Shown here piece by piece: positions 19,912-29,579 of a stretch of 64,000 nucleotides of DNA (the stretch's first letter is position 1; the number at the start of each line of letters is the position of its first letter). The position numbers and the translations under genes were made by a program. The notes beneath the pieces are model-generated. The model worked only from the letters and a program-made list of their open reading frames with translations. It was not told where the DNA came from and did no database searches. This DNA is from an uncultured Clostridia bacterium (GTDB lineage Bacteria; Bacillota; Clostridia; Christensenellales; UBA1242): the NCBI GenBank assembly GCA_934747385.1, contig CAKVGK010000002.1, positions 258,436 to 322,435 on the forward strand, given 5' to 3'.

Positions 19912-20185
19912 ATCTTATATTTTAGCAAAATGGTAAAATAATCGCAACTAAATAGGCGCAAAATGCTGGTTTAAACAAAAATTTTGCAAAAGTTAATTAA
20001 AATCATTGTAAAATTGACATAATTTTGATAATATAGTTGGTGTTAATGCCATTGTAACACAGTTGGCAAGTAGCTTTAAACAATATGCCATAATTGGCAT
20101 GTTGTAGCGGTGCCGCTAGGCAACGAGTGAGCGAAGCGATGGAAGTGCTTGCACTACCGACGCCCCATAATATCTTAATATTTAT

Positions 20186-20261
20186 GCTGATGTAGCACAG
20201 TCGGTAGTGCAATTGATTCGTAATCAATAGGTCGCCGGTTCAAGTCCGGCCATCAGCTCCA
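20186..20261 (+). tRNA. trnT: tRNA-Thr (anticodon CGT)
   Basis: GCTGATGTAGCACAGTCGGTAGTGC...TTCGTAA...GGTTCAAGTCCGG...CATCAGCTCCA. Cloverleaf is present and CCA is encoded. Confidence 0.95.
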
Positions 20262-20269
20262 AATTCATT

Positions 20270-21085
20270 ATGAAAAAAATAAACATAGGAAAAGAAAACG
20301 CAACTTTTCAAGAAATTTTATCACTAAAGGAAAACCGCACGAAAAGAACAAAGACCGGTTTATTTTTTGTTGAAGGCGTGCAAAACATTAAAGACTCCCT
20401 TGCCAACAATTGGAAAATTCATGCTTTTATATATTCAAAAGATTGCAAACTTTCAAAATGGGCAACTGAAATTCTTGATTTTGCCGAATTTAATTATGTT
20501 TTGGAAAACAATTTAATGCTTAAGTTAAGCGACAAAAGCGACGTGAGTGAAGTTTTAGCAATTGTTGAGATAAAATATTTTAACTCAATTTGCAAAACAG
20601 ATGAAAATCCTGTGTTTGTGCTTTTAGACAGACCTTCTAAAAAAGGTAACTTGGGCACGATTATAAGAAGTTGTGACGCACTTAATGTGACCCAAATTTT
20701 TTATTCTGGGCACTCGGTTGATTTGTACGACCATGCTGTTGTGACTGCCTCAATGGGCTCATTTTTTAAGTTACCAATAACTTTTATTAAGTCGAATAAT
20801 GACTATTTGGCGCTTGTTGAACAATTAAAAAAGCAATATGCCAATTTGCAGATTGTGGCAACTTCCTTGCAAACAGAAAACAAACTGCAAAATGCAAACT
20901 TCAATTTTCCTACCCTGTTGTTGATTGGCAACGAAACAGATGGTTTGTGCAAATTTTACAATGAAACTGCAGATTACGCAGTTAAAATTGACATGCGCCC
21001 TGATATAGACTCGTTGAACATTGCATGCGCAACAAGTATATGTCTATATGAAATTCAAAGGCAGAGAAACAATTACAAAATATAA
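20270..21085 (+). CDS. SpoU/TrmH-family RNA 2'-O-methyltransferase
   Basis: FFVEGVQNI N-terminal region, then SPOUT motifs GNLGTIIRS, LLIGNETDGL and SLNIACATSICLYE. Confidence 0.85.
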   Translation: MKKINIGKENATFQEILSLKENRTKRTKTGLFFVEGVQNIKDSLANNWKIHAFIYSKDCKLSKWATEILDFAEFNYVLENNLMLKLSDKSDVSEVLAIVEIKYFNSICKTDENPVFVLLDRPSKKGNLGTIIRSCDALNVTQIFYSGHSVDLYDHAVVTASMGSFFKLPITFIKSNNDYLALVEQLKKQYANLQIVATSLQTENKLQNANFNFPTLLLIGNETDGLCKFYNETADYAVKIDMRPDIDSLNIACATSICLYEIQRQRNNYKI

Positions 21086-21137
21086 ATAATTCGCCGGTTT
21101 GGTTGAAAAATTTTTTGTTTTGTTGTATTATGTTATT

Positions 21138-21848
21138 ATGAAATATGATAAAAACAATGAAACAAGTTTTGCAATTGGCATGTTTGCAACATATGAGATA
21201 GTTAACACACTACCCACACAAGTTGTTGGGGTTTACTACACAAAAAACATAAAGATGACAGATGACGTTATTGCTCTTTTTGATTTTTGCAAAAAACAAA
21301 AAATTGAATTGTTGGAACGAACAAGGTTTGTTGAAAGTTTGTCCGGTAAAGAAAATGTTCACATAGTTTGTGAATTTAAAAAGTATGCTCAAACTCTCAG
21401 CGCTGGCAATCACCTATGTTTGGTTAACCCTAGCGATATGGGCAATATGGGCACAATTTTTAGAACCTCACTTGGACTTGGAATTAAAAACATCGCACTC
21501 ATTACCCCATGTGCAGATATTTTCAATCCAAAAGTTGTGCGTGCTTCAATGGGTGCAATCTTCAAGTTGAACATTGAATTTTTTGATAGTTTTGAAGACT
21601 ATCTTTCCAAATTTAAGGGCAATCAAATTTTCACTTTTTGCTTGGACGGAACGCAATTTTTGCAGCAAACAAAAGTTAACAACACAAAGCCTTTCACCCT
21701 TGTTTTTGGCAATGAGGCGACAGGTTTGCCAGACAAAGTTGCCAACATGGGCACAAAAATCAAAATTAAACAATCGAAAGAAATTGACTCATTCAACTTG
21801 GCAATTAGTGTTGCCATGGCGGTATATCATTTTACAAGCAATATTTAA
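21138..21848 (+). CDS. SpoU/TrmH-family RNA methyltransferase (tandem paralogue)
   Basis: GNMGTIFRT, LVFGNEATGL and SFNLAISVAMAVY motifs. Start set at ATG 21138 instead of the TTG at 21099. Confidence 0.8.
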   Translation: MKYDKNNETSFAIGMFATYEIVNTLPTQVVGVYYTKNIKMTDDVIALFDFCKKQKIELLERTRFVESLSGKENVHIVCEFKKYAQTLSAGNHLCLVNPSDMGNMGTIFRTSLGLGIKNIALITPCADIFNPKVVRASMGAIFKLNIEFFDSFEDYLSKFKGNQIFTFCLDGTQFLQQTKVNNTKPFTLVFGNEATGLPDKVANMGTKIKIKQSKEIDSFNLAISVAMAVYHFTSNI

Positions 21849-21900
21849 CCTCTTTTTAATTAAAAAAGCCACCTTTTTAGTGTGGTTTTTTTGTTGGAGT

Positions 21901-23085
21901 CTATTCAAAAATAATTGTTATGGTTGTTGAAATTTCAGGATATGCAGCAAAGGTAAGTTTCAAATTTACTCTGCCCTTAGATTTGCGTTTAACAAAAACA
22001 ATTGGCGCGTCTGCGGAAATTATTTGAGCAACATACCCGTCATCAATCTCAGCGATAATATCTTGATTAACATATTCTTGATTGCCGTAATTAATTTGAT
22101 AGTTTATGCCGACAGTAGATTTGGTTGTTGAGAAAGTGTTGTTGCTTAAATCTGGAAAAACTATTTCAAACTTAGAGGTCAACTGGACACTAATGTCAAA
22201 AACAAACTCGCAAACGCAATTTTCGTCTGTAATGCGAACTTTTAGTTTGGTTTCGCCCAATTTTAATGGAGTTAAAATTTCGTTTTCAATTTTTATGAAT
22301 GTTTCGTCAATAAAAACTTCCATTTTGCCATTGCTAAAATTTTGAACAACTGAATTTAGCGCAAAGTTTTGAGCAAGTTCCAACTGCGGCTGTATTAATT
22401 TTGCGTGAGTGCAATTTTCAGTTACATGAACGTTGATTTGCTTTGTTTTGAACGTATTTTCACCAGTTTTTATGCTAAAACATATTTGATAATCGCCCTC
22501 AACCGACGAAAAAATTTTGTTATTTTCAAACATTAAATCATTGGTGAGTTCGCTATTCTTTAAAATTTTTATTTCCAAATCACTCAAAAATTGTGCAGGA
22601 AAAACCGTTACAAAGTTATCTGTTAGAAAAATTGTTTCATTGGTCGCGAGGCTTATTTCCTTTTTGCAATTGAGCGACAAAGATTTTGCATACTCTTTCA
22701 CAGGAATATCTGCTTCTACGATTGGCAAAATATTACTTTCAAAATCCTCATCATTGATAAGTTCTTGAGAAATTAATTCTTCTTGAGCATCAACATTATT
22801 TGAATTAATGTTTTCATCTTCAGTTGCAGCTTGGTTTGAATGCTGATTAAGTGAAGTTGAGTCATCATCCTTTTCATTTGGGCGAGTTTGATTTGGTTTA
22901 GTGGTTATATTGTTCAAATTTTCATCATCAACTTTTGCAGGAATAACACTCGTTTCAGTGGCTGTCGGTTGATTTGTGCGTGAATGGTCTATTTGGTGTT
23001 TCACCACAAGGAAAGTGGCAAGAAACAAAAGCAAAGCCACGCAAATGAGTGGATAAAAAATTGCCTTAAATTTCATATAAGGCAA
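21901..23085 (-). CDS. Hypothetical membrane-anchored extracytoplasmic protein
   Basis: N-terminal TM helix, a low-complexity linker rich in N, E, T and D, then a beta-rich C-terminal region. No motif recognised. Confidence 0.5.
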   Translation of the reverse strand: MPYMKFKAIFYPLICVALLLFLATFLVVKHQIDHSRTNQPTATETSVIPAKVDDENLNNITTKPNQTRPNEKDDDSTSLNQHSNQAATEDENINSNNVDAQEELISQELINDEDFESNILPIVEADIPVKEYAKSLSLNCKKEISLATNETIFLTDNFVTVFPAQFLSDLEIKILKNSELTNDLMFENNKIFSSVEGDYQICFSIKTGENTFKTKQINVHVTENCTHAKLIQPQLELAQNFALNSVVQNFSNGKMEVFIDETFIKIENEILTPLKLGETKLKVRITDENCVCEFVFDISVQLTSKFEIVFPDLSNNTFSTTKSTVGINYQINYGNQEYVNQDIIAEIDDGYVAQIISADAPIVFVKRKSKGRVNLKLTFAAYPEISTTITIIFE

Positions 23086-23178
23086 TTCTACTATTTTGAT
23101 AAAATATTTGCAATTAAAATGTCGAATTTTAAGTATTATTATTGAATTTATTCGTAAAAATACTGATTTTTAGCAAAT

Positions 23179-24186
23179 TTAGTCGTTTTCCGTTTTGCGA
23201 TTTGTGATTATATTGATTTTGTGCTTTTCAGCGTTGAGATAAGATATGTAACCTTTAACGCGTGAATTTAACTTGAACAAGTGGTGAGTTGCAACGTTCG
23301 CGCGGTCACTATTATCTTTAGTTATTGCCATTGCAGAAAAGCCATTGTCGAGCCTTATAACCGCCCCTACTGGCAAAATTTTAACCACTGTTCCTTCAAC
23401 CTCATCGTCAATTTTTAAACTTGCAAAAGCCTCGTCGCGTGGGTTGGTTTTCAATTGCTTTAAGCCCACACTAATGCGAGAATAATCTGTGTTGACATCA
23501 AGAACTTTAAATGTGTATTTATCATTTTCGTTCAAAATTGACTTTAAACTATCAATGTGCTCGTAACTTGCGTCTGAAATTGAAAGTTTTGCTTTTGCGC
23601 CATTTTCAAGAAGGACAACTGCGTATTTATCTTCCAATTTAACAATGCTGCCGTCAATAATTTCGCCAATTTCAACTGGTTTAATGTCTGTGTTAACCAG
23701 CAATTTGGTGCTGCAAACTATGGATTTTTTTATGTTGTTAAGTTCAATTACGATTGCTTTAATTTCGCGATTAATCAAACTTTCCTTATTCATAAAATCT
23801 TGTGGTGAGCATTGGCTGAAAGGCAAGAACACTCTAAAGCCCATAAACTCGCCCAAAATGCCAGCGGTGTTTATTGCTGAAGCCACAAAACTAAATTCGC
23901 TGCCAACTTTAAGTGCTTTTAATTTTTCCTTATCTTCAATAGCTTTGTTCACGCCTGCGTGGTTGAGAACTAGGCAACCTTTGTCGTCAATTTTGCCGGT
24001 AACCATAACCAAAACAGCATCCCCCATTTTGAACGAAGGTTCAAGTTCTGCGCGTGGGAAAACGCCTTCTTTAAGCCCGCCAAGGGCAACAACAACCTCT
24101 TTTTCGCCAAGCATAACAATTGTTCCGGTGATTATGTCCCCGCGGTTGTACTGAGTCATGCTTATGTTAAAATCTTTCATTTTCAT
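23179..24186 (-). CDS. S1 RNA-binding domain protein (ribosomal protein S1-like, about 4 S1 repeats)
   Basis: Repeated G.I..G.V pattern followed by a segment such as V.L..G..G.L, characteristic of S1 OB folds. Confidence 0.75.
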   Translation of the reverse strand: MKMKDFNISMTQYNRGDIITGTIVMLGEKEVVVALGGLKEGVFPRAELEPSFKMGDAVLVMVTGKIDDKGCLVLNHAGVNKAIEDKEKLKALKVGSEFSFVASAINTAGILGEFMGFRVFLPFSQCSPQDFMNKESLINREIKAIVIELNNIKKSIVCSTKLLVNTDIKPVEIGEIIDGSIVKLEDKYAVVLLENGAKAKLSISDASYEHIDSLKSILNENDKYTFKVLDVNTDYSRISVGLKQLKTNPRDEAFASLKIDDEVEGTVVKILPVGAVIRLDNGFSAMAITKDNSDRANVATHHLFKLNSRVKGYISYLNAEKHKINIITNRKTEND

Positions 24187-24785
24187 TATCTACTAACTTC
24201 TCCTTCAAGTAATTCATTCATTTTGCTGACAATTAAATCAGCAAATTCTGCCAAATATGCCTTGTCACCTTTGCGGCTGATATCTGGGTAAATTGGTTTG
24301 CCAATAAAAAGTTTAACCCTTTTAAATGGCTTAATTTTGGTGCTGTACATCATTGGAACAACAGGTGTGTTTGTGCGGATTGAAAACATTGCAACGCCCT
24401 CTTTTGCAGAGCCGTCCTCAACAAAAGGTGTTTTTGCGCGTGTCCCTTGTGGGAAAATGCAAACACGTTTGTTTTTTCCAATCAAGCGCAAAACCTGTTT
24501 GATTGAACTTGGCTCAACCTTTTCCCTATCAACTTTGACCCCGCCAATGCTTTTAATAAAGGCTGACTTAATTTTGCCTTTAAACAATTCTTTTTTAGCC
24601 AAAAAATAATGCTTGGTGCAAAACCTAATGTCCAGCATTGGAGCGTCATGATTGGACATGTGATTGCACGAAACAATGTAATTCTTGCCCTTTAATTCCT
24701 TTAAATTTTGCTTGCCAATTTTTTTGATTGGAAAAATAATCAAGCAAGGGATGAAAGCAAGAATAAATAAAAACCAAAATAACAT
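24186..24785 (-). CDS. plsC: 1-acyl-sn-glycerol-3-phosphate acyltransferase
   Basis: NHMSNHD (Hx4D) and FPQGTR motifs. N-terminal TM helix. Confidence 0.85.
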   Translation of the reverse strand: MLFWFLFILAFIPCLIIFPIKKIGKQNLKELKGKNYIVSCNHMSNHDAPMLDIRFCTKHYFLAKKELFKGKIKSAFIKSIGGVKVDREKVEPSSIKQVLRLIGKNKRVCIFPQGTRAKTPFVEDGSAKEGVAMFSIRTNTPVVPMMYSTKIKPFKRVKLFIGKPIYPDISRKGDKAYLAEFADLIVSKMNELLEGEVSR

Positions 24786-24796
24786 ACACTACCCTT

Positions 24797-26020
24797 TTAT
24801 TTGACAGAATTGCCGGCAACATAGCCTGTTGACCAAGCAATTTGCAAGTTAAAGCCACCAGTCAATGCGTCAACGTCCAGAACTTCGCCAACAAAATATA
24901 AATTTGGCACAAGTTTGCTTTCGCAAGTTTTGGCGTTGATTTGTTTAAGTTCAACACCGCCGGCAGTAACTATACTAACGTTTATATTATCTAATGATTT
25001 GATTGAAAAGTCAAATTTTTTAAGCCCATTAACTATGCTGGCGCGCTCAATTTTGCTTAAATCTGCCATTTTTTTATTTTGCAGGTTTAACTTGCGCATA
25101 AAATAGTCCACAAACGAGTGTGGCAACAAGGTAAACAAATAGTTTTTAAGGTCAGTTTTGGCGTATTCAACAATTTCTCGTTGCAATTTTTTGTTAACAA
25201 AATCAAAGTCAAGTGCAGGCTTTAAGTCCAATGTCAGTTTTGCTCCACAAAGTTGCCATTCGTTAATTTTGCTTGAAAGAGTTAATGCAATTGGCCCTGT
25301 AACCGAGTTGAAAGTGAACATCATTTCACCAAATTCTTTAAGTTTTTTGCCATTACACTCTATTTCAACTTCAACGTTTTTCAAACTTAAACCATTAAGT
25401 TCACTAACGTCGTCATTCAACACAATTGGACATAATGCACTTTTGGGTTCAACAATTGTGTGACCAAACTGTTTTGCAATTTTATAGCCAAAATTCGAAG
25501 CGCCTGTGCCAGAATAAGACAAGCCGCCAGTTGCAATAATTAAACTATTACATGTGTACTCAACATTATTGTTACACAATATGTGGAAACAATTGTCGGT
25601 TTTGGTTACTGACAAAATTTCATTGTTTAGCGAAATTTTAACACCATAACGATGCAAACATTTTTCAAGAGTTTTGATCACGTCGCTTGATTTATTGGAT
25701 TCTGGAAACACCCTTTTGCCGCGTTCTGTGCGCAAAGGCAAGCCATTTTCTTCAAAAAAAGCAATTGTGTCTTGCGGGGTGAAAGCATTGAGTGCTGAAT
25801 ACATAAATTTGCTGTTGTGAATTATATTCTCCAAATGCGTTTCAACTGGGCTGTTATTGGTTAAATTACACTTCCCTTTGCCGGTTATATATAATTTTTT
25901 ACCCAACTTTTCGTTATGGTCAAGTATGGCAGTTTTTTTGCCATTTCTTGCAGCAAAAATTGCGGAGAACATTCCCGATGCTCCGCCACCTATTACAACG
26001 ACTTCAAAATTTGTTTCCAT
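24797..26020 (-). CDS. HI0933/YhiN/BaiN-family FAD-dependent oxidoreductase
   Basis: VVVIGGGASGM dinucleotide-binding motif and GKGKCNLTN motif. Start set at ATG 26020. Confidence 0.8.
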   Translation of the reverse strand: METNFEVVVIGGGASGMFSAIFAARNGKKTAILDHNEKLGKKLYITGKGKCNLTNNSPVETHLENIIHNSKFMYSALNAFTPQDTIAFFEENGLPLRTERGKRVFPESNKSSDVIKTLEKCLHRYGVKISLNNEILSVTKTDNCFHILCNNNVEYTCNSLIIATGGLSYSGTGASNFGYKIAKQFGHTIVEPKSALCPIVLNDDVSELNGLSLKNVEVEIECNGKKLKEFGEMMFTFNSVTGPIALTLSSKINEWQLCGAKLTLDLKPALDFDFVNKKLQREIVEYAKTDLKNYLFTLLPHSFVDYFMRKLNLQNKKMADLSKIERASIVNGLKKFDFSIKSLDNINVSIVTAGGVELKQINAKTCESKLVPNLYFVGEVLDVDALTGGFNLQIAWSTGYVAGNSVK

Positions 26021-26075
26021 TGGCGATATTCTAGCACAGATTAAACAATTAAGCAAAGAAAAAGCAGCATTACTG

Positions 26076-26786
26076 CTACTTTTTTAAACTTAAAAGATAC
26101 TTAATTTCTTTTGGGTTAAGAGGCTTATATTCTCCGCGAGATAACCCGCCAAGGCGAATTTCGCCAACCTGAACACGCTTTAAGAATTTAACATTTTTAC
26201 CAATTGACTCAAACATTTTGCGTATTTGACGATTTTTGCCCTCAGTGATAGTTAAAGCCAACTTAGTTTGAGTTGGATTTTGTTCCATCACCACAACGCT
26301 GCATGGTTTTGTTTTGTAATCCTCAATCTCAACGCCAGAACTGAGTTGTTTAACTTCGTCCGCGGTGATTGTGCCCTCAATTGTTGCGTAATAAACCTTT
26401 TCAACTTCGCTGCTTGGACGAGTTAAGATGTTACTTATGTCACCATCGTTGGTCATCAAAAGCAAGCCCTCAGTGTCGTAATCCAGCCTACCAACAGGAA
26501 AAACTCTTGTGTGAACGCCACGCATTAACTCCATAACAGTTTTTCTGCCCTTTTCATCATCAACAGTTGAAACATAACCTTTTGGTTTGTGTAATTTGAA
26601 ATAAAGAAAGTTTTCAGTTGCGTGGATTGGTTTGCCTTCAACCGTAACGCTATCTGTTGCTTTGACGTCGGTTGCAAGCGCTGTTACAACTTTACCATTA
26701 ATTTTAACCTTGCCTGATATTATTAATTCTTCTGCTTTTCTTCTGCTTGTTAAGCCAGAGGTTGCAATGTATTTATTTATCCTCAT
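26076..26786 (-). CDS. rluB: Pseudouridine synthase, RsuA/RluB family
   Basis: S4 domain (RINKYIATSGLTSRRKAEELI) and GRLDYDTEGLLL catalytic motif. Confidence 0.9.
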   Translation of the reverse strand: MRINKYIATSGLTSRRKAEELIISGKVKINGKVVTALATDVKATDSVTVEGKPIHATENFLYFKLHKPKGYVSTVDDEKGRKTVMELMRGVHTRVFPVGRLDYDTEGLLLMTNDGDISNILTRPSSEVEKVYYATIEGTITADEVKQLSSGVEIEDYKTKPCSVVVMEQNPTQTKLALTITEGKNRQIRKMFESIGKNVKFLKRVQVGEIRLGGLSRGEYKPLNPKEIKYLLSLKK

Positions 26787-27936
26787 TAATCTTTTCTTCC
26801 CATAGTAATTCTTTGATTTGAAGTGTTTTATTATCTAACAACTTATCAATCTTATTTATTGTATATAATTTTACAGAATTAATCAACTGATTATCTAAAA
26901 AAACGTCAACTTTTCCAACTTCTGTGCCTTGGTGAGCATTGTCTAACTTAACATTGTATTTTAACTCCACGTTTTCATGGTTATTTTTATTGATTGGACA
27001 AAATACGTCGTTTTCCGCAAACAGATACAGCCTGCCAGCCTTGTCGTCTAACAAATATTCATTATAAATTTGCTTGTTTTTGTCAACAACCTTAACATAG
27101 TCGTAATCTTGAAAACTTTGTTCAATTAAATCCGCGCTTTCTTCAAACATTGGCCCACAATTAAGCACCACGCAAACTGTTGTGCGGTTTTCCCTTTCGC
27201 AAGCGCTAACCAAACACCTGCCAGCCTTTGAAGTAAAGCCAGTTTTAACACCGCAGCAACCGTCTAGGCTTGAAAGCAGCCTGTTTTTGTTTGTTAAATA
27301 TCGCTTGTCGCTTACATTTGTTGCTGGAATTATGTGTGTTTTGGTTGAAACAATTTGTTTGAATGTTGGATTGTTTAAAGCATAACCAGCAATCAATGCC
27401 AAGTCGTGTGCTGTTGTGTAATGATTAGGATTATCCAAACCATGTGGATTTGCAAAACTCGAATTGTTTGCGCCAACTTTTTTTGCCAATTCATTCATCA
27501 TTTTGGCAAAGCCTTCAATGCTGCCTCCAACATGATAAGCCAAAGCGGTTGCGCTGTCGTTTCCGCTTCTAAGCATCAAACCATAAAGCAAGTTTTTAAC
27601 ACTGATTTGTTCGTTTTCTCTAAGATAGATTGACGTGCCTTCAACTCCTATTGCGTTTTTGTTAACTATTATGATTTCGTCAAGATTATTGCAGTTTTCA
27701 ATAACTGTTATTGCCGTAACAACTTTTGTTGTTGAAGCCATTGGAAGTTTTTCATTTTCATTTTTGCAAAACAACACACGTTTACTATCTTTATCTATCA
27801 CGCACATTGATTTTGCTGAACTTGACACTGCATAGCAACTTGAAGTTTGAAAAGGAAAATTTAAAACGACCAAAACAGCTGTTATTACAACAAAAATCAG
27901 GCTTATAGTTGCTATTAATTTTTTAGATTTTATCAT
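26773..27936 (-). CDS. dacB: D-alanyl-D-alanine carboxypeptidase (PBP5 type, DacB-like)
   Basis: Signal/TM helix plus SxxK (ASTTK), SxN (SGND) and KTG (KTGFT) motifs. Confidence 0.9.
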   Translation of the reverse strand: MIKSKKLIATISLIFVVITAVLVVLNFPFQTSSCYAVSSSAKSMCVIDKDSKRVLFCKNENEKLPMASTTKVVTAITVIENCNNLDEIIIVNKNAIGVEGTSIYLRENEQISVKNLLYGLMLRSGNDSATALAYHVGGSIEGFAKMMNELAKKVGANNSSFANPHGLDNPNHYTTAHDLALIAGYALNNPTFKQIVSTKTHIIPATNVSDKRYLTNKNRLLSSLDGCCGVKTGFTSKAGRCLVSACERENRTTVCVVLNCGPMFEESADLIEQSFQDYDYVKVVDKNKQIYNEYLLDDKAGRLYLFAENDVFCPINKNNHENVELKYNVKLDNAHQGTEVGKVDVFLDNQLINSVKLYTINKIDKLLDNKTLQIKELLWEEKINEDK

Positions 27937-28331
27937 TTCATGTTCCCCACAAATTTTTTAAGCACCTCTGTTGCGTTTTTAATCAAGCCAAGATATGCTG
28001 TGGATTTATCAGCATGAATGATTTTAAATTTATTGTTATTCACCACAAAAAAGCCAATTGGCGTTACTGTAAACCCGCCACCAGTGCCACCAGCCATTGG
28101 AAAATCTGCGGAATTGCGCTTGGCGTTTAAATCGCTGTACTCTCCGCCGCCGGACACAAATCCCACGCTGACTTTTGAAATTGGAATGATGGTTGACTGG
28201 TCTGGCATTGTGATTGCATTCCCAACCACACAATTGACGTCGATAAGTGACCTAACTTTGTCCAAAGAAGCGTCAATTAATGACTCAATTTTACTGCTTT
28301 TGTTTAAATTTACTGTTTCTGTTTTTTTCAT
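27933..28331 (-). CDS. ytfJ: Sporulation protein YtfJ (GerW family)
   Basis: VSVGFVSGGGEY and GGTGGGFTVTPIGFFVV glycine-rich motifs. Confidence 0.85.
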   Translation of the reverse strand: MKKTETVNLNKSSKIESLIDASLDKVRSLIDVNCVVGNAITMPDQSTIIPISKVSVGFVSGGGEYSDLNAKRNSADFPMAGGTGGGFTVTPIGFFVVNNNKFKIIHADKSTAYLGLIKNATEVLKKFVGNMK

Positions 28332-28878
28332 AATATCTCCAAGAATTAATTAAAGTGTATGCCAGTGAAAACAGCAAATCCCACAGCGACATGCGTACAG
28401 AACTTTTAACTTTCACTGAGCAAATATCTTGATTATATTTTGGTTCAACATTCAAAAAAATATGTGCGGATTTTTTATTGTTTTTAACTTTGCTTAAAAC
28501 GCACTTGCTTAAAATGTCGATATAGCCTGCCCCTACGGCTGAAACGCACGCGTCGTTCATGTATCCAAAATTAGAAGCAAGGTCAAAGCCCAGCAATTGA
28601 TGACGAAAATAAAGTTGACGAATAAGGTTCAAGAAGAAGACCACATTGAAGTCTTGATCGGTCAATTTATAGCGCTTTTCCTTACGATTGTGATAAATGT
28701 AAACATAGCCATTTTTAATTCTCAATTTATATTGAAGTTTCAATTTGCCAAACAGAACTAGTGTCAGCACTCCTTTTAAGCGCAAAAGGTTAAATTTTAC
28801 CTCAAAACTGATTAAAAACGGATAAACAATAAGCATTAAAACAATAAGCAGTACAAACAAAAAAATAAGATAACCCAT
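28291..28878 (-). CDS. ytfI: DUF2953 / YtfI-like sporulation protein
   Basis: N-terminal TM helix, located just upstream of ytfJ as in Bacillus. Assigned by context. Confidence 0.55.
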   Translation of the reverse strand: MGYLIFLFVLLIVLMLIVYPFLISFEVKFNLLRLKGVLTLVLFGKLKLQYKLRIKNGYVYIYHNRKEKRYKLTDQDFNVVFFLNLIRQLYFRHQLLGFDLASNFGYMNDACVSAVGAGYIDILSKCVLSKVKNNKKSAHIFLNVEPKYNQDICSVKVKSSVRMSLWDLLFSLAYTLINSWRYYEKNRNSKFKQKQ

Positions 28879-28916
28879 ATGGTATTATCTTACTTTTGCT
28901 AAATTTTATGCCAACT

Positions 28917-29579
28917 TTAAACTGCTTGCGCAGAAGAACCTTGTGGCTGGTCAGCGCTGGCGGTTTGCTCAGTGCTCTGTTGCCCTTCGGCTTTAACCTC
29001 TTCTTCAGGAATTGAGAACTCACGATACAAAGAATCACCTTCGCTGTGAATAACCCTAATTCTATCTAACAATTCGTTGTAATTTGGCAAAGACTCAATG
29101 TTTGTCAAGCCAAAGCGCTTTAAAAATACCTCTGTTGTACCATAAAGCAAAGGTTTGCCAACAGCATCCTTACGACCAACCACTTCAATGAGGTTGTTTT
29201 GCATGAGTAAATCTATTGCGTAATCTGCATTCTTTACGTTACGAATATTTTCTATTTCAAGCCTTGTTATTGGCTGTTTATAAGCGATGATTGCAACCGT
29301 TTCAAGGGCTGCTTTTGTTAATGTACGTTCACGAATTGGGTTTAAGATTTCGCTTATATCATCAACAATTTTTGGGTTGGAACAAAACTGAACTTTGCTT
29401 TTATATGTAATTACATTTATTCCGCTTTGTTCGTTATATTTTGCTTTAAGCAAGTCAAGGCATTTGTTAAATTCTTTATCATTAATGTCAAATTTACGCT
29501 TAAATTCGTCAATTTCAACGCCTTCGCCTGCAACAAACAAAACGCCTTCAATTACGCGTGCAATGTCTTCGTATTTCAT
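28917..29579 (-). CDS. scpB: Segregation and condensation protein B
   Basis: IEGVLFVAGEG, AYKQPITRLEIENIRNV and GRKDAVGKPLLYGTT motifs. Confidence 0.9.
   Translation of the reverse strand: MKYEDIARVIEGVLFVAGEGVEIDEFKRKFDINDKEFNKCLDLLKAKYNEQSGINVITYKSKVQFCSNPKIVDDISEILNPIRERTLTKAALETVAIIAYKQPITRLEIENIRNVKNADYAIDLLMQNNLIEVVGRKDAVGKPLLYGTTEVFLKRFGLTNIESLPNYNELLDRIRVIHSEGDSLYREFSIPEEEVKAEGQQSTEQTASADQPQGSSAQAV

Noticed and set aside
20014-20037. A perfect TTGACA hexamer as a promoter for tRNA-Thr(CGT).
   Set aside because: The nearest -10-like hexamers (TAATAT, TATAGT) are only 9-12 nt away, which is outside the functional 16-18 nt spacing.
20003-20227. 74-aa minus-strand ORF.
   Set aside because: It overlaps tRNA-Thr(CGT) and the palindromic intergenic segment. 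No RBS and implausible composition.
23645-24154. 169-aa plus-strand ORF antisense to the S1-domain gene.
   Set aside because: It is a shadow ORF of a well-supported gene. Its composition is biased toward S, L and P, which is typical of antisense frames, and it has no RBS. The same reasoning applies to the antisense ORFs at 29727-30206 (within scpA), 3494-3853 (within rnhA), 51569-51973 (within thrS) and 10341-10691 (within spoVAD).
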